This document shows, in pieces, positions 1 to 53,470 of a DNA stretch of 64,000 nucleotides (position 1 is the first letter of the stretch; every line of letters starts with the position of its first letter). The translations under genes and the position numbers were made by a program. The notes below the pieces were generated by a model. That model was not told the origin of the DNA. It ran no database searches and saw nothing but the letters and a program-made list of their open reading frames with translations. Origin of the DNA: Malacoraja senta (Eukaryota); assembly GCA_038087875.1 (NCBI GenBank), contig CM075984.1:11904001-11968000 (forward strand), given 5' to 3'.

Positions 1-394
1 GATTTGCATCTCTTCCAGGCCGTTAAATAACAGTTCTGCGGTAGAAGATGGGGAGGATTGTTAGTGTTCAAAAAGGTCTCATCTTGGAGCTTCAGATATC
101 AGTCACATGTCCACATTGCAGAGACTGTTCTTTTTCCATCTATCATTTTCACATGGATTCAAAACACTGCACATAACAGAGGTAACACCAATAGGTGTGC
201 CATAACCTACCGGGCTTTGGTATCAGAGCTAGGAAGTGAGTTTAGGTTAAATGCCTTATTTTGCTTCAACATAAACCTGATGGGCCGAATGTCCTTGTTT
301 TGTGCCACAAATATCATTGCTTCTTTTAATATAATCTAGGTAATTCTACGGAAAGCAGGAAAAATTACCAAAGACAAAATAGTAAACTAAATAA

Positions 395-689
395 GGCTGC
401 ACGGTGGCACAGCGGTAGAGTTGCTGCCTTACAGCGGCAGAAACCCGAGTTCACTCCTGACTATGGGTGCTGTCTGTACGGAGTTTGTACTTTCTCCCCG
501 TTAGTAGCATGGGTTTTCTCCCGGATCTCCGGTTTCCTCCCACACTCCACAGATGTACAGGTTTGTAGGCTAATTGGCGAGGTATAATTGTAAATTATCC
601 CTAGTGTGTGGGGATCGCTGGTCACAGTGGACCGAAGGGCCTCTTTCCGCGTTGTATCTCGAAACTGAACTAAACTAAACTAAACTAAA
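395..689 (+). mobile_element. tRNA-derived SINE (HE1/V-SINE-like)
   Basis: A/B-box-like head, V-domain GGAGTTTGTAC...TTTCCTCCCACACTCCA, CR1-like tail, (AAACT)n end. Confidence 0.9.
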
Positions 690-865
690 TCTAATTTACT
701 CTCAGGATAGCATCCTGCACACAGATGGATTAATTAACAGGGGTACCCATTTAATAATCAACTTATTGCATGCATAGAAAGAACACAACCGCTCTCTGTC
801 ACTTATTAATAAGTTGAGCCACTGGCATTGTGTGGAAAAGTATGATGTTCATTTCTCAACGCTAA

Positions 866-1405
866 AGGGGCTGTCCCACTTGGGCGACCTAATTGGCGAG
901 TTTAGGAGAGTTTGAAAAAATGTCATGTTGAAGACCTCCTTCGACTATGTTGAAGACCTCCTTCGACTATGTTGAAGACTAGCTTCGACTAGCTACGACT
1001 AGCTACGACTAACTTCGGGAAAATTGGACACCGAATAGTGGAAAGTGAAGACGACCTCCTTCGATCTCCTTCGACCTCCCTTCGACGATGATGAAGACTA
1101 TCTACGACTACCTTCGACTACCCTCGATTACCTACGACTAACATGCCGACCCACTACGACTAAACCTATGAGTATAAAAAGTATCGAATTTTCCATGGCG
1201 ACCTTTTTTTTACTCGCGGGCATTTTTCAACATGTTGAAAAATACACCGTGACCTAGCTGAGGCCTCGAGTACGTGGAGACCACTCTCGAGCATGAAGGA
1301 GTTACAAAGACCTCCTAAGATCTCGTGTCGACCATGCTGCGAGTATGAGTCGAGGGCAAACTCGCCAGAACTCGCGGATTAGGTCGCCCAAGTGGGACAG
1401 CCCCT
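866..1405. mobile_element. Non-autonomous DNA transposon (MITE), PIF/Harbinger-like
   Basis: Perfect ~28-bp TIRs AGGGGCTGTCCCACTTGGGCGACCTAAT; 3-bp TSD TAA at 863-865 and 1406-1408; no transposase ORF. Confidence 0.85.
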
Positions 1406-1892
1406 TAAGTGTTCCAATCATGGGGGTGACTGGTTGTTTGCTGAGGGTCCACAGATGTGCTCCAACCACCTTTATTGAGACTTCGGATTTGGATCTAACT
1501 GGTCTTGATCAATGTGTAGAGTTTCACAGAGGTGAGAACCATCCAGTCAAAAAGTACAAAATGTAATGCTCATGACCACTGGATAACACTGAAGAAAGCG
1601 TTCCACAACCCCAGCGGGACCCAATAAGAAGTAGATAGGTTGTAGCCTATTGACAGATCCTGTTCCAGTGTAGGTTCAAGGCAACCTTTGACACATTGAG
1701 GTTTTATAATTTGGCAAACAAAAATATGAATTATGCTTTAACATGGGATTTCCTATTACCCTTTAAAAAGTTTATTTATAATGCAGCCAAATTCAGAGGC
1801 TCTACTTTTTTAAATTAAATGTAACAAGCTATAGAATATTTTTTTAAACCCTAACAAGCAAACCGTTGTCCTATTTCTGAGTGCACTTCTGA

Positions 1893-2225
1893 ATGGATGT
1901 GGAGAGGATGTTTCCACTAGTGGAAGAGTCTAGGACCAGAGGATATAGCCTCAGAATAAAAGGTTGTACCTTTAGAAAGGAGATGAGGAGGAATTTCTTT
2001 AGTCAGAGGATGGTGAATCTGTGGAATTCATCGCCACAGAGGCTGTGGAGGCCGTCAATGGATATTTTTAAGGTGGAGATTGATACATTCTTGATTAGTA
2101 TGGATGTCAGGGATAATGGGGAGAAGGCAGGAGAATGGGGTTGAGAGGAAAAGATAGATCAGCCATGATTGAATGGCGGATAGACTTGATAGGCCGAATG
2201 GCCTAATTCTGCTCCTATAACTTAT
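1893..2225 (+). mobile_element. CR1-type LINE 3' fragment
   Basis: ORF2 C-terminus TRGYSLRIKG...RRNFFSQRMVNLWNS plus 3' UTR. Confidence 0.9.
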
Positions 2226-2354
2226 GAACATGATGTGAGATATGGTGTAAAAATCAGATGTATTTGAATATCCTCTATTTTTAAAGGGGGCAATTTCTTT
2301 TCAACTGATTGTGAAGCATTTTACAAGTAGCAGATTCACCATAGGTGTAATTTA

Positions 2355-43789
<41,435 letters not shown>

Positions 43790-45337
43790 CTGAATAACAG
43801 AAAAGACAGGTTGCACTAAGTATAATAGGAAAATAATTATGTGACTGGCTGGAGGGGAGAGTAATGCACGTCAGCCATGGCTCTGGCCGTGTACTCGCCA
43901 CCTTTACCCAGCCTGGCTATGTGAGCCAGTCACTCAGAAGCAAAGTCCCCTCGACGCCCCTACCCTGCACATCAACCCTCCCCCTCCATGCTCCAATTCT
44001 GTAGATATCACGGTCATAGTTTTAATTTTATGGGAGGCAGATTCACAAGGTCAGAGCTACATCTGGGCAGCAAGTTGAAAATCCTTCCTACGATACTTCA
44101 CATCACAACCAAAAACAATTCACAAGCAGAATAGCGCAATGTCAATGTGCTCTTGGTTTATGTGGATAGAGCGGGATTGCTGAGCTGGCAATGGGATCAG
44201 TGATGCATACGTTCAGAGAGATGTGTTCTGCAGTGTGGAATCAGCACCATCTCCTCAACTATCACCATACAGCTGTCTTATGCAATGAGACCCTTTGTAA
44301 ATTAAATATACACAGAGCTTAACACGATCTCATGCAATAGAAGCAGTTACAATTGCAACTTTCATGAGACATTTGGACAGATATATGAATAGGAAGCATT
44401 TAGAAGTATATGGGCCAAATGCAGCAATATGGAACTAGCCTAGAATGCCAACTTGGTTGGCATGAATAAGGTGGGCTGAAGGGCCTGTTTCCTTGCTGCA
44501 TAATTCTATGACTCTATAAGTTAGAGGGTAATAAAAGAGGATTTAATGTTCTGAAAGAACGGGATGGAAGATGGAAATGGATAATTTTGTTCATCAGTGC
44601 AAGATTCCTGTGAGAAATGGATAAAGGTTGTCACTTGGAAAGCTGTGAGGTTCTGGAATTCATTTACAGGGTTAATGGTCAGGCCACAAACTGTATCAAG
44701 ATCAGATAGGGTAGGTGGAAACAGGAAAATAAGTTGAAGGACCTGGAACAAGGTGTGTAGGTGCGATTAGAACTGTTTGCTCACAATGACATGGTCTGGT
44801 TAATACAAGTGGCAAGTTTTCATGCTGTGTACTGCAATATGACTGAAATATCACTAAAAGTAAATTATTATTTGGCAGGCATCAGATTTTTGACATATTA
44901 TAGATTACTACAGTGAAGGTTGGCTTTGTTCCTCAGTCAGTTTAAATACCACACCTGGACACCAGTCCTTTGCCAGAGTTCTGATCTACCTGATCATACA
45001 GGGCCTGAGACATACTTTCATTCCCAGACAGACCCAAGAGCCCATTGGAAAAGCAAAAGGATTGGGTGTAGGCTACAGTGCAGAATTTCTTATGTTGACT
45101 TGTGAGAGAGGGGCAGGGTTGGGACTTCCCAAGTCAGAGGCTGCTGTACACTGGAGTATGTTAATGACTGGAGTGGATACACATCCTGCATGGGATAATC
45201 AGCCAGAAACTTATATTTGTGAATGCTTCAAACAAGGATCAAGATATGAAGGTGTCATCTCCCTCTTCCGTGTAGCATGAAGGTGAGGTGTGAGCGCAGG
45301 CTGTTTTATCCTAATGTCTTATCATTGGATGTGTATT

Positions 45338-45812
45338 GATTGAATAATAGGACATGGAAACAGGCCCTATGGCCCACCAACTCCATACTGACCATTATTC
45401 AGTTTAGTTTATTGTCACAGTGAGAGGTACAGTGAAAAGCTTTTCTTGCGTGCTAACCAGCCAGCAGAAAGACAATACATGATTACAATCGATCCATTTA
45501 CAGTGCATAGATACATGATAAGGGAATAACGTTGAGATAAGGGAATAACGTTTATGTCACTCACGGTTATGTACGCACTAGTTCTATGTAATCTCACTTT
45601 CACATCCACTTCCTACACACAAGGGGCAATTTACAGAGGCCAATTAACCTACAAACCCACATGTCTGTGGGATGTGGGAGGAAACTGGAGCACCCAGAGG
45701 AAACCCACATGGTCACAGGGAGAACATGCAAACTACACACAGAGGTCAGGATCGAACCGCAGTCTCTGATGCTGTGAGGCAGCAGCTCTACCAGATGCAC
45801 CACAGTGCCGCC
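45338..45812 (-). mobile_element. SINE on the minus strand, interrupted by a LINE-type tail (~45402-45555)
   Basis: Reverse-complement V-domain GGGAGGAAACTGGAGCACCCAGAGGAAACCCAC. Confidence 0.8.
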
Positions 45813-47419
45813 CCACTAGATATTCCTGACATGTTACCTGCTCTGGGCTATAAGGTACATGGTCTCTGCTCCCTGCAACCCATTACTTCCCCACACCACC
45901 GATGCAGTTCACACACCACAGTTCCCAATACCTTCTCCCTAAACAATAGATTTCATAAGCCGCTGTGTTGGGATCATTTAGTCCTGTGCCAGCAGTTCAT
46001 TCCCAGTTGAGATAACGAAGGATTTCAGCCCGAAATTTTCACCCAACTCTTATTTAAGTGACTGGGTCAGCTTTGAATGTCTAATAACGCAAGTTTAATA
46101 AACCTTATTCTACTCATTTTGTTCTTAAGTGTGTAAAAGTGAAGCTGCTTGTATCAAATGTGATAATATAAATAATAAAAAAAGGAGAAAATATATTTCT
46201 GCAAGCAAAGCACAAATCTGAGGCAATCTAAGTATTTTACTAGCAAGGACATCACTGCACTGCAAACCTGACACACTCTGGAACTGCTGACTGGTAGGAA
46301 TTTGCATTCTTAAAGGATTATATTCAGCAGGGAGTTACCAGCCACACATCAATTTATTTACTGGGTTTAACAAATAAACACATGGTCAGAAATAGCAGCA
46401 GTGACATGATTATATCACTGCTCTATGATGTGTTAATTTCCGCATAGCATCGACCAACTCTCCCTCTCACCAAGCCCCAACCCTTGATTAAATTAGAAAC
46501 TTTGAATTAAAATTGAGAATAGCAGTGACAAATTTAGTTTCCGGCGCAAACCTGTGCCATGCAGGAGAGGGAAGAGACTGTTCAAAGAAGTGACCTAATC
46601 TGGCTGTTTTACATTTAACAGGATCTTTATCAATTGTTCCATCTCAAAATTCTGTCATTATGGTAGCAGTGAAAGATCGAAGTTTGTGCGTTTTACCACC
46701 AGGTGGCTCCTTACACCCAGGGATTTCTCCGCTGTGCCTGGAGACTTAAAAAAACAAGAGCTATAGAACTTTTGAAACTGTTTACGTTTAAGTTGAGGTT
46801 TATTATTGCCACGCACACCGAGGTACAGTGTAAAGCTTAGTTTTGCCTCAGATCACATAATACCATTCATGAATACAGTCGTCAAACTCAAGTACAATCG
46901 GTATAAAGATTTAAAAGAGTAGTGCAATTGTAGCAGATGATAGTAAAAACTCCTCTGGGTCCAGCACACTCTGGCACCATCTTGCAAGTTCTGAGCTCCC
47001 ATCCTTAAGTAAAAAAAGATACAATTGGGTTTATTTACAGTTTTGAGAAGAACTAAGAAGTTGCCCTTTCTTTCCCCACCTACACCACTATGGAAAACCA
47101 GTTCCAACAAAACTGAGAGAACTGGGCTTCCATTTAATATGAGCTCAATAGACTCCATTGTCTAGCTAGAACACTCTCTAAATCTGGTCTCTTTATCAGG
47201 GCACTTAAAGCTTTCCCTATCCAACTTTGTGCTAATGCTTAAACAGACTTTTACTATAAATTTTCAGCAGATCTGGAGACGAAACCAAGAATTAATTTTT
47301 GCTCAGAAAAATACAAATCAAATCTCAGAAGGTTCAGCTTATTCTGCGGATGCGTCAAAAGTCATTGTCTGTACAATTTTCCAAGCTGTTCTATTGATAA
47401 ATAAATAATATATTTTAAA

Positions 47420-48700
47420 TGGACACATAAGACTGCAGATGCTGGAGTCTTGAGCAAAAAAAACAAAGTGTTGGAGGATCTCTGCAGGTCAGGCAGCATC
47501 TGTAGAAGGAATTAGATGGACAATATTTTGGGTTGGGAATCTTCTTAAAACTGCTTGGAGTAGGTGAGAGAACACTGGAAAAGACAGGTAATGTGGGGGC
47601 AAAGCCTGGCAAGTGATGGGTGGATATAGGTGAGAGGGGTTTCATTGGCAGATGGGTGAAGTAAATGTCCAAGCCTAGAGGTCAAAAGGAGACAAAGGTG
47701 TGTCAGATAAGGAGAGAAGAGGAAGAGTGAAGTGTGAATCCAGAGAGAGAAATATGTGGGGGGGGGGGGGGGGAGGAACTGCAGATGCTGGTTTAAACCA
47801 AAGATACAATTGGGAGAATATGGGACTCAGGGATGGAAGATGATTGTGCAGAGGAGGGGAAGTTGCAGGGTAATGGGGTGGTGGGAGATGGTGGTAAAAA
47901 TATGAGTGCACTGCAAGGATGTGGGGTAGGGAAGAGGATACTGTTCTTCCAGTTTATGTGTGGCCTCACTCCAGCAATGGCGGAGGCCAGGGACAGAAAG
48001 ATCGGCGAGATGGTCGTCCAGTCTATGCTTAGTGTCGCGGATGTAAAGGAGGCCACACACGGAGCACTCAATGCAATAGACGAGGTTGGAAGAAGTGCAT
48101 ATGAACCTCTGACAAGTGCATATGAACCTGGGGGAGGGGTGGGAATGAATGAGTGAACCAAGGAGTAGCTGAGGGAGTGGTTTCTGTGAAAAGTGGAAAG
48201 GGGTGGGAATGGGAAGAAGTGACCAGTGGTGGGGTCACATTGTAGGTGGCAGAAATGTGGTAGAATGATGTGATGGATGCAGAGGCTGGTGGGGCGGTGG
48301 GGCGGTGGGGCGGTGGGGCGGTGGGCAGGGACCAAAGGAACTCTACCTTTGTTCTATTTGAGGGAAGGAGGAACAAGAGCAAAACTGCAAGACACGAGAA
48401 ATGGGATAAGGATCCATCCACAACAGCAGGGGGGAAACCATGCTTACTGAAGGAAGAGGACTTGTCGGATGCCCTAGAATGGAAAGGCTCATCTTGGGAG
48501 CAGATGGAGTAGCCAGAGAAATAGCATCTTTGCAAGAAGCAATGTGGGAGGAGGTGCAGTCAAGGTAGCTGTGGGTGTCAGTGCATTTGTAATAGATGTC
48601 AGTCAATAGTCTGTCCCCCGTGATAAAGGCAGAGTGATCAAGAAAGGGAAGAGAGGTGTCAGATATAGTTCAAGTGAATTTGAGGGCAGGGTGGAAAAGG
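47420..48700 (-). mobile_element. Second, more decayed Penelope-like element fragment
   Basis: TDIYYKCTDTHSYLDCTSSH (RT thumb) and CGLLYIRDTKHRLDDHLAD (GIY-YIG-like) in broken frames; PLE terminal repeats at 47420-47555 and ~47775. Confidence 0.8.
48288..48326 (+). repeat. (GGTGGGGC)n microsatellite, G-quadruplex-capable
   Basis: About 4.5 copies inside the PLE fragment. Confidence 0.85.
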
Positions 48701-49874
48701 ACAGCTTCCTCTACATATTCTGTCTTTGTTTTGTGCCAAGGTAGAGATGTTGGTCTGCGCAATGTGAAGTTAAAATAGGAGGAAGCAAAGACAAAGGTCT
48801 CCGTAATGGAGCGCCATATCCTGACAATGGAAGGGATCCTCCAGTCCTCTGGAAGTTTTGAAATGAATGGTACAGCAGAGTAATGACAATGTCACCAGAC
48901 CTGTGTGTGAGAGGTCGGGAGTAATAGTGTAGGAAACAAGAGTTGATCTCCCACCTCGCCAGTTTGAGAATTCAAATATAATTGAATAAAACCTGAAAAT
49001 TAAAAACTGCTATCAGTAGAAGTGGTGATGAAGTTATCAGATTATAATAGCATGTAGATAGGCACAGTGCTGGAGTAACTCAGTGGGTCAAGCGGCATCT
49101 CTGGAAAAATAGGATGGATGACTTTTCGGGTCGGGACCCTTCTTCAGACCCAATTTTTATCCTACATATAATAAAATGTAATCATGTACAGTCTTTCTGC
49201 TGACTGGATAGCAAGCAACAAAAATAGCTTTTCACTGTACCCTGTACCTATTGATGCACGTGTCAATAAAATTAACTAAGCTAAAAATACCATCCCAGGT
49301 AGAAACTTTCTGTCCTGACTTAGTCCAGTCTTTATGCCATTCTAGTCAGACTATGGAAGTGACGTTTGCCTGCCCTTTGAGCAGCCTTGTAAACTACCCA
49401 ACTGCATCAGGGATGGGCAATAAATACCAATGCTGGCAGTGATGTAGATATCTCAATAATGAGCTTTTTAAATCTTCCCACACCCAAATTAATGAGATAA
49501 GTTCTAATTGGTTTGTAACCTACACAGTTGGGAATGTCAGTGACCAAGTCTATTAATAGTCGCAGTTTAACTCACATGTGCTGACAGAGGTAATGAATAA
49601 TTACAGACCTTTCAACTTTCCAGGAAGTTAACTGGGATAATATGAACGGAAGTTGAGGACTATTGCTTCTAATGAGTACTAACGGGGTCAGTTCAGTCAC
49701 AGAGTGCAGAAGCGTTACTCAGCTAATGCCATGTCGAGGCAACTACACATCTTCATTCACATGGGTAGTAACTGTGACCAGAATGCGTTCACTCATTCCA
49801 CTTCTCACAGACACCTCTCACAACTGCTCAGCACTGCTAACGAACACAGTAATATTGAACCCTCCATTAAAGTG

Positions 49875-50093
49875 TGGGAAGGAACTGCAGATGCTGGTTT
49901 AAACCGAACATATTCACAAAATGCTGGAGTAACTCAGCGGGACAGGCAGCATCTCTGGAGAGAAGGAATGGGTGACTTTTCGGGTCGAGACCCGTGACAG
50001 TCTGAATAAGAGTCTTGAACCGAAACGTCACCCATTCCTTCTCTCCAGAGATGCTGCCTGTCCCGCTGAGTTACTCCAGCATTTTGCGCGCTT
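49875..50093 (-). mobile_element. Palindromic PLE-terminal short element with 10-bp TSD
   Basis: Near-perfect arms 49917-49976 / 50027-50086; CATTAAAGTG at 49865-49874 and 50094-50103. Confidence 0.85.
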
Positions 50094-51044
50094 CATTAAA
50101 GTGCCTGTTTCCTCATCTAAACATTGGCAGAAACCTAAAAAGAAATCTCCAAATGAAATTCCTTTCATCTTTGTATCCTAAGCAAAGTAAAAGCTGGGAT
50201 AGATGCAGTATTTGACTTTCTGTTAAATCAGAATCTGCCTCTTTAAGTTACACAATACTCTCGGTGGTACTGGCCTGTGGCTCTCATCAGTGGCATTTGC
50301 TGGGCTGGAGAATGTATCATTTGCTGTGTTGGGTTTCGGGTGGTTACTTGATGCCTGAAGGCCAGTTCTGGGTTTGTTCTGTCAATAAACTCAAGTTTGA
50401 CCTTGTGGTTTGCTCCCTTGCACACACTGAATAGCTTGTCTGGCAGTACAACAAAACACAGGCAAATGGGAGCGAGAGTAGATTTACCATCCCTCAAATT
50501 TGTGCTTCCTTTCAGAAAGGAGCTAGCTGATTTTCTTCCTCAATTCCATTTTGCTTCCCCGTTAGCCCATATTCTTGTGCTCTGATGACCAAGTCTAAAC
50601 CGATCTCCATCATGAAAGTACCCAATGATGGAGCAGCAGGGATGAGGCATTTTAAAATATAAAACACGGATGATTATTATATGATTGCTCTTATTGCAAC
50701 CTGTATCACTTATGATGGCCCATTACATCCTCTTCCCACTTCTACCTGTATACAACAGTCTCCTTGGAATGTGTTGGATGTTCAGTAAAACAAGGACAAC
50801 TTTAATTCTCGATCGGAGCGCTAGGTAGTAGCTATGCCATACCTGCTGATCCCTGTTCCCTCATCATTTTATCATTCGGTGTTTTGAAATCACTGGCAGA
50901 AAGGCCAGATATTTATCAGGGCCAAAAATACTTGTGTATTGCCTTGGTGAAGGTCTGCTGTACGAGTTTACTGGGTTATATGTAAAACAAAGCATGTCAT
51001 TGTACTGTACGTGACAATGAAGTATCATTGATTTTCCTGCTAGA

Positions 51045-51330
51045 CCTGCTGTCTCATATTGCCAGAGACCCGGGTTCGATCCTGACCTCGGGTGCTGTCT
51101 ATGTGGAGTTTGCACGTCCTCCCTGTTACCGCGTGGGTTTCCTCCAGGTGCTTTGATTTCCACCCACATCCTAAAAATGTGCAGGTTTGTCGATTAATTG
51201 GAGGTTTTGTCTGTACATTGCTCCTCGTATTTAGATTCCAAAGAGGAATAACATAGAACTAGTGTGGATGGTCATTGTGGACTCAGTGGGCCAAAGGTGC
51301 TGTTTCCAGGCTGTATCTTTCAATCAATCA
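51045..51330 (+). mobile_element. SINE with (TCAA)n tail
   Basis: Colinear with other copies. Confidence 0.85.
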
Positions 51331-52329
51331 AAATAGATCTCCTGATCATAAATCATAAAAAATGTAGTCAGGGGATGTGAGAAGGCAAACATTGCACTGT
51401 GTAGCAGATGGGCAAAATCTCTGTATACCAAAGGACCACAGGATACTATTCAACCAGCTTAGGGCAAAAATTCAAAGATGGAAAAGTTTTCTTAGTAAAT
51501 CAATGGGTCAGACAACATCCCTGCAGAACATGGATAGGTGACATTTTGTGTTGGGCCCCATTCTTTGGATTTATGGGGCGGGGAAGGGGGGCTGGGAGGA
51601 GAAAGCCGGAAGAGAGGATGGAAGAGAGGTGGGACAGGACACAGCCTGTCAGGTGCAATAATAGGTAAACAGAGGTGAACACTCAGAGCAATGGAAGTTA
51701 CTAACAAACTTCAAAGTCATCGTCAACTCACATTGAGGCAACTATCGCTTCAGTTTGTGAAGCAAAATACACAACACACGTGAAGATGCAGAAGGGACAG
51801 ATATCTAGCTGTTCCTGTAGACACTCACAGGCTTAAAATGATGAAGAAAGTGCAAAAATCATTATTGTCTCCAATTTGAAGCCATAAGGCCAGCCAGCAT
51901 ATGGGTGGTCTGACTGCTTAAATAATGAGCAACTTTGACACTTCCTGTGTTACGCGGCCAGTTCGCCGAATGTGAAACCATGGCAACAAGCCAGTGGCCA
52001 ACTGTTGCATTTGACTCAATGAGCACAAGCACCACTCAAAACTAGGAAAACAAAATGTCTCGAGGGGGTTATGGTTAGCTGGTATTTGCACAAACCAATG
52101 ACCAAAACAATCACAGTGCCACATGGCTACAAGACCACATTGGAACTGGCAATACTCTGATTAGTGCCAGCAGTTAAGAGTCCAAAACCAATTCCATCCG
52201 ATCTGTGGACAACTCTTTATTCCATTTAGCATGTAAAACCAAGAGACATTGGGCAGTTGATAGAATCATTCAGGGTTGTATGATACTACCAATTGTCCAG
52301 GCAGCTCGCAGATTTCCACAAGACCATAA

Positions 52330-52775
52330 GACATTGGAATAAAATTAGGTCCTTCAGCTCATTGAGTCCATTCCGCCATTCAATCGTGACTAATCTATTT
52401 TTCCCTCTCAACCCCATTCTCCAGCCTTCTGTCTCCCTTCCTATTCAAGGACCTATCAATCTTTGCCTTAAAAATACCCAATGTCTTCGCCTCCACAGCC
52501 AGCAGTGACAATGAATTCCACAGATTCACCACTCTTTGGCTAAAGAAATTCCTCCTTGTCTCCATTTTGAAGGCACGTCCTCTAATTCTGAATATTTGCC
52601 CTCTAGTTCCAGATCTCTAGATCAAACCTCCTTTTCACCTCCAGTTTAAATTCCATTTGGAATATTTTGGAGGATCAGGAAACCAAGAAACCAAGAAACC
52701 ACATCCACGCTATCTAGGCTGTTCATTATATGATAGGTTTCAATGAGATCCCCTCCTCATTCCTCTAAACTCCAC
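52330..52775 (-). mobile_element. CR1-type LINE 3' fragment
   Basis: Reverse complement of the 1893-2225 family. Confidence 0.75.
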
Positions 52776-53165
52776 CTAGTTTCCATAACATAAATATTTA
52801 AAACATTCTGGGAACAAGGATATGGTGAACACTAACAAGGCATGGCTGAGTCTGACGGTTATGCAGAAGTGTAGAATAGAAACATAGGTACATAGAAACA
52901 TAGCAAATAGGTGCAGGAGTAGGCCATTCAGCCCTTCGAACCAGCACCGCCATTCAATATGATCATGGCTGGTCATCCACAATCACTATCCCGTTCCTGC
53001 TTTCTCCTCATGTCGCTAGATTCCGTTAGCCCTAAGCGCTATATCTAACTCTCTCTTTAAAACATCCAGATAATTGGCCTCCACTGTCTTCTGTGGCAGA
53101 GAATTCCTCAGATTCACAACTCTCTGGGTGAAAATAAATTTGTCCTCAGTCCTAAATGGCCTACC

Positions 53166-53453
53166 TGTGGCACCATCTTATGGTCAAGCCACTGGTCTCT
53201 CGAACCTTTAATGGTTAGGCTCGAACTCTCACGTGGACTGGACGTGACCTGGGTCGACCAATCATGCGGTTAGGGGGGCTGGCCGTTAGGCAGTTGGAAT
53301 TCAAAGGATTGGCAGTTGGAATTCAAAGGATTGGCAGTTGGAGTGGGTGTGTTCATGAGAGACAGCACGGTAGTAGTAGTAAAATATTAACTTGATGGGG
53401 CTGTATCAGTTAATTATTAAACAGCGTGTGTACACATCGCGTGGACCTCTACA
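53166..53453 (+). repeat. 5' LTR of the Gypsy element
   Basis: Direct repeat of 56744-57024; has an internal 22-bp tandem duplication GGCAGTTGGAATTCAAAGGATT. Confidence 0.9.
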
Positions 53454-53454
53454 G

Positions 53455-53470
53455 TGGTGATCCCGATGAT
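53455..53470 (+). other. Primer-binding site, tRNA-Trp-like
   Basis: TGGTGATCCCGATG resembles TGGTGACCCCGACG, the complement of the vertebrate tRNA-Trp 3' end. Confidence 0.7.

Noticed and set aside
395-470. tRNA gene
   Set aside because: tRNA-like SINE head repeated about 18 times; no intact cloverleaf.
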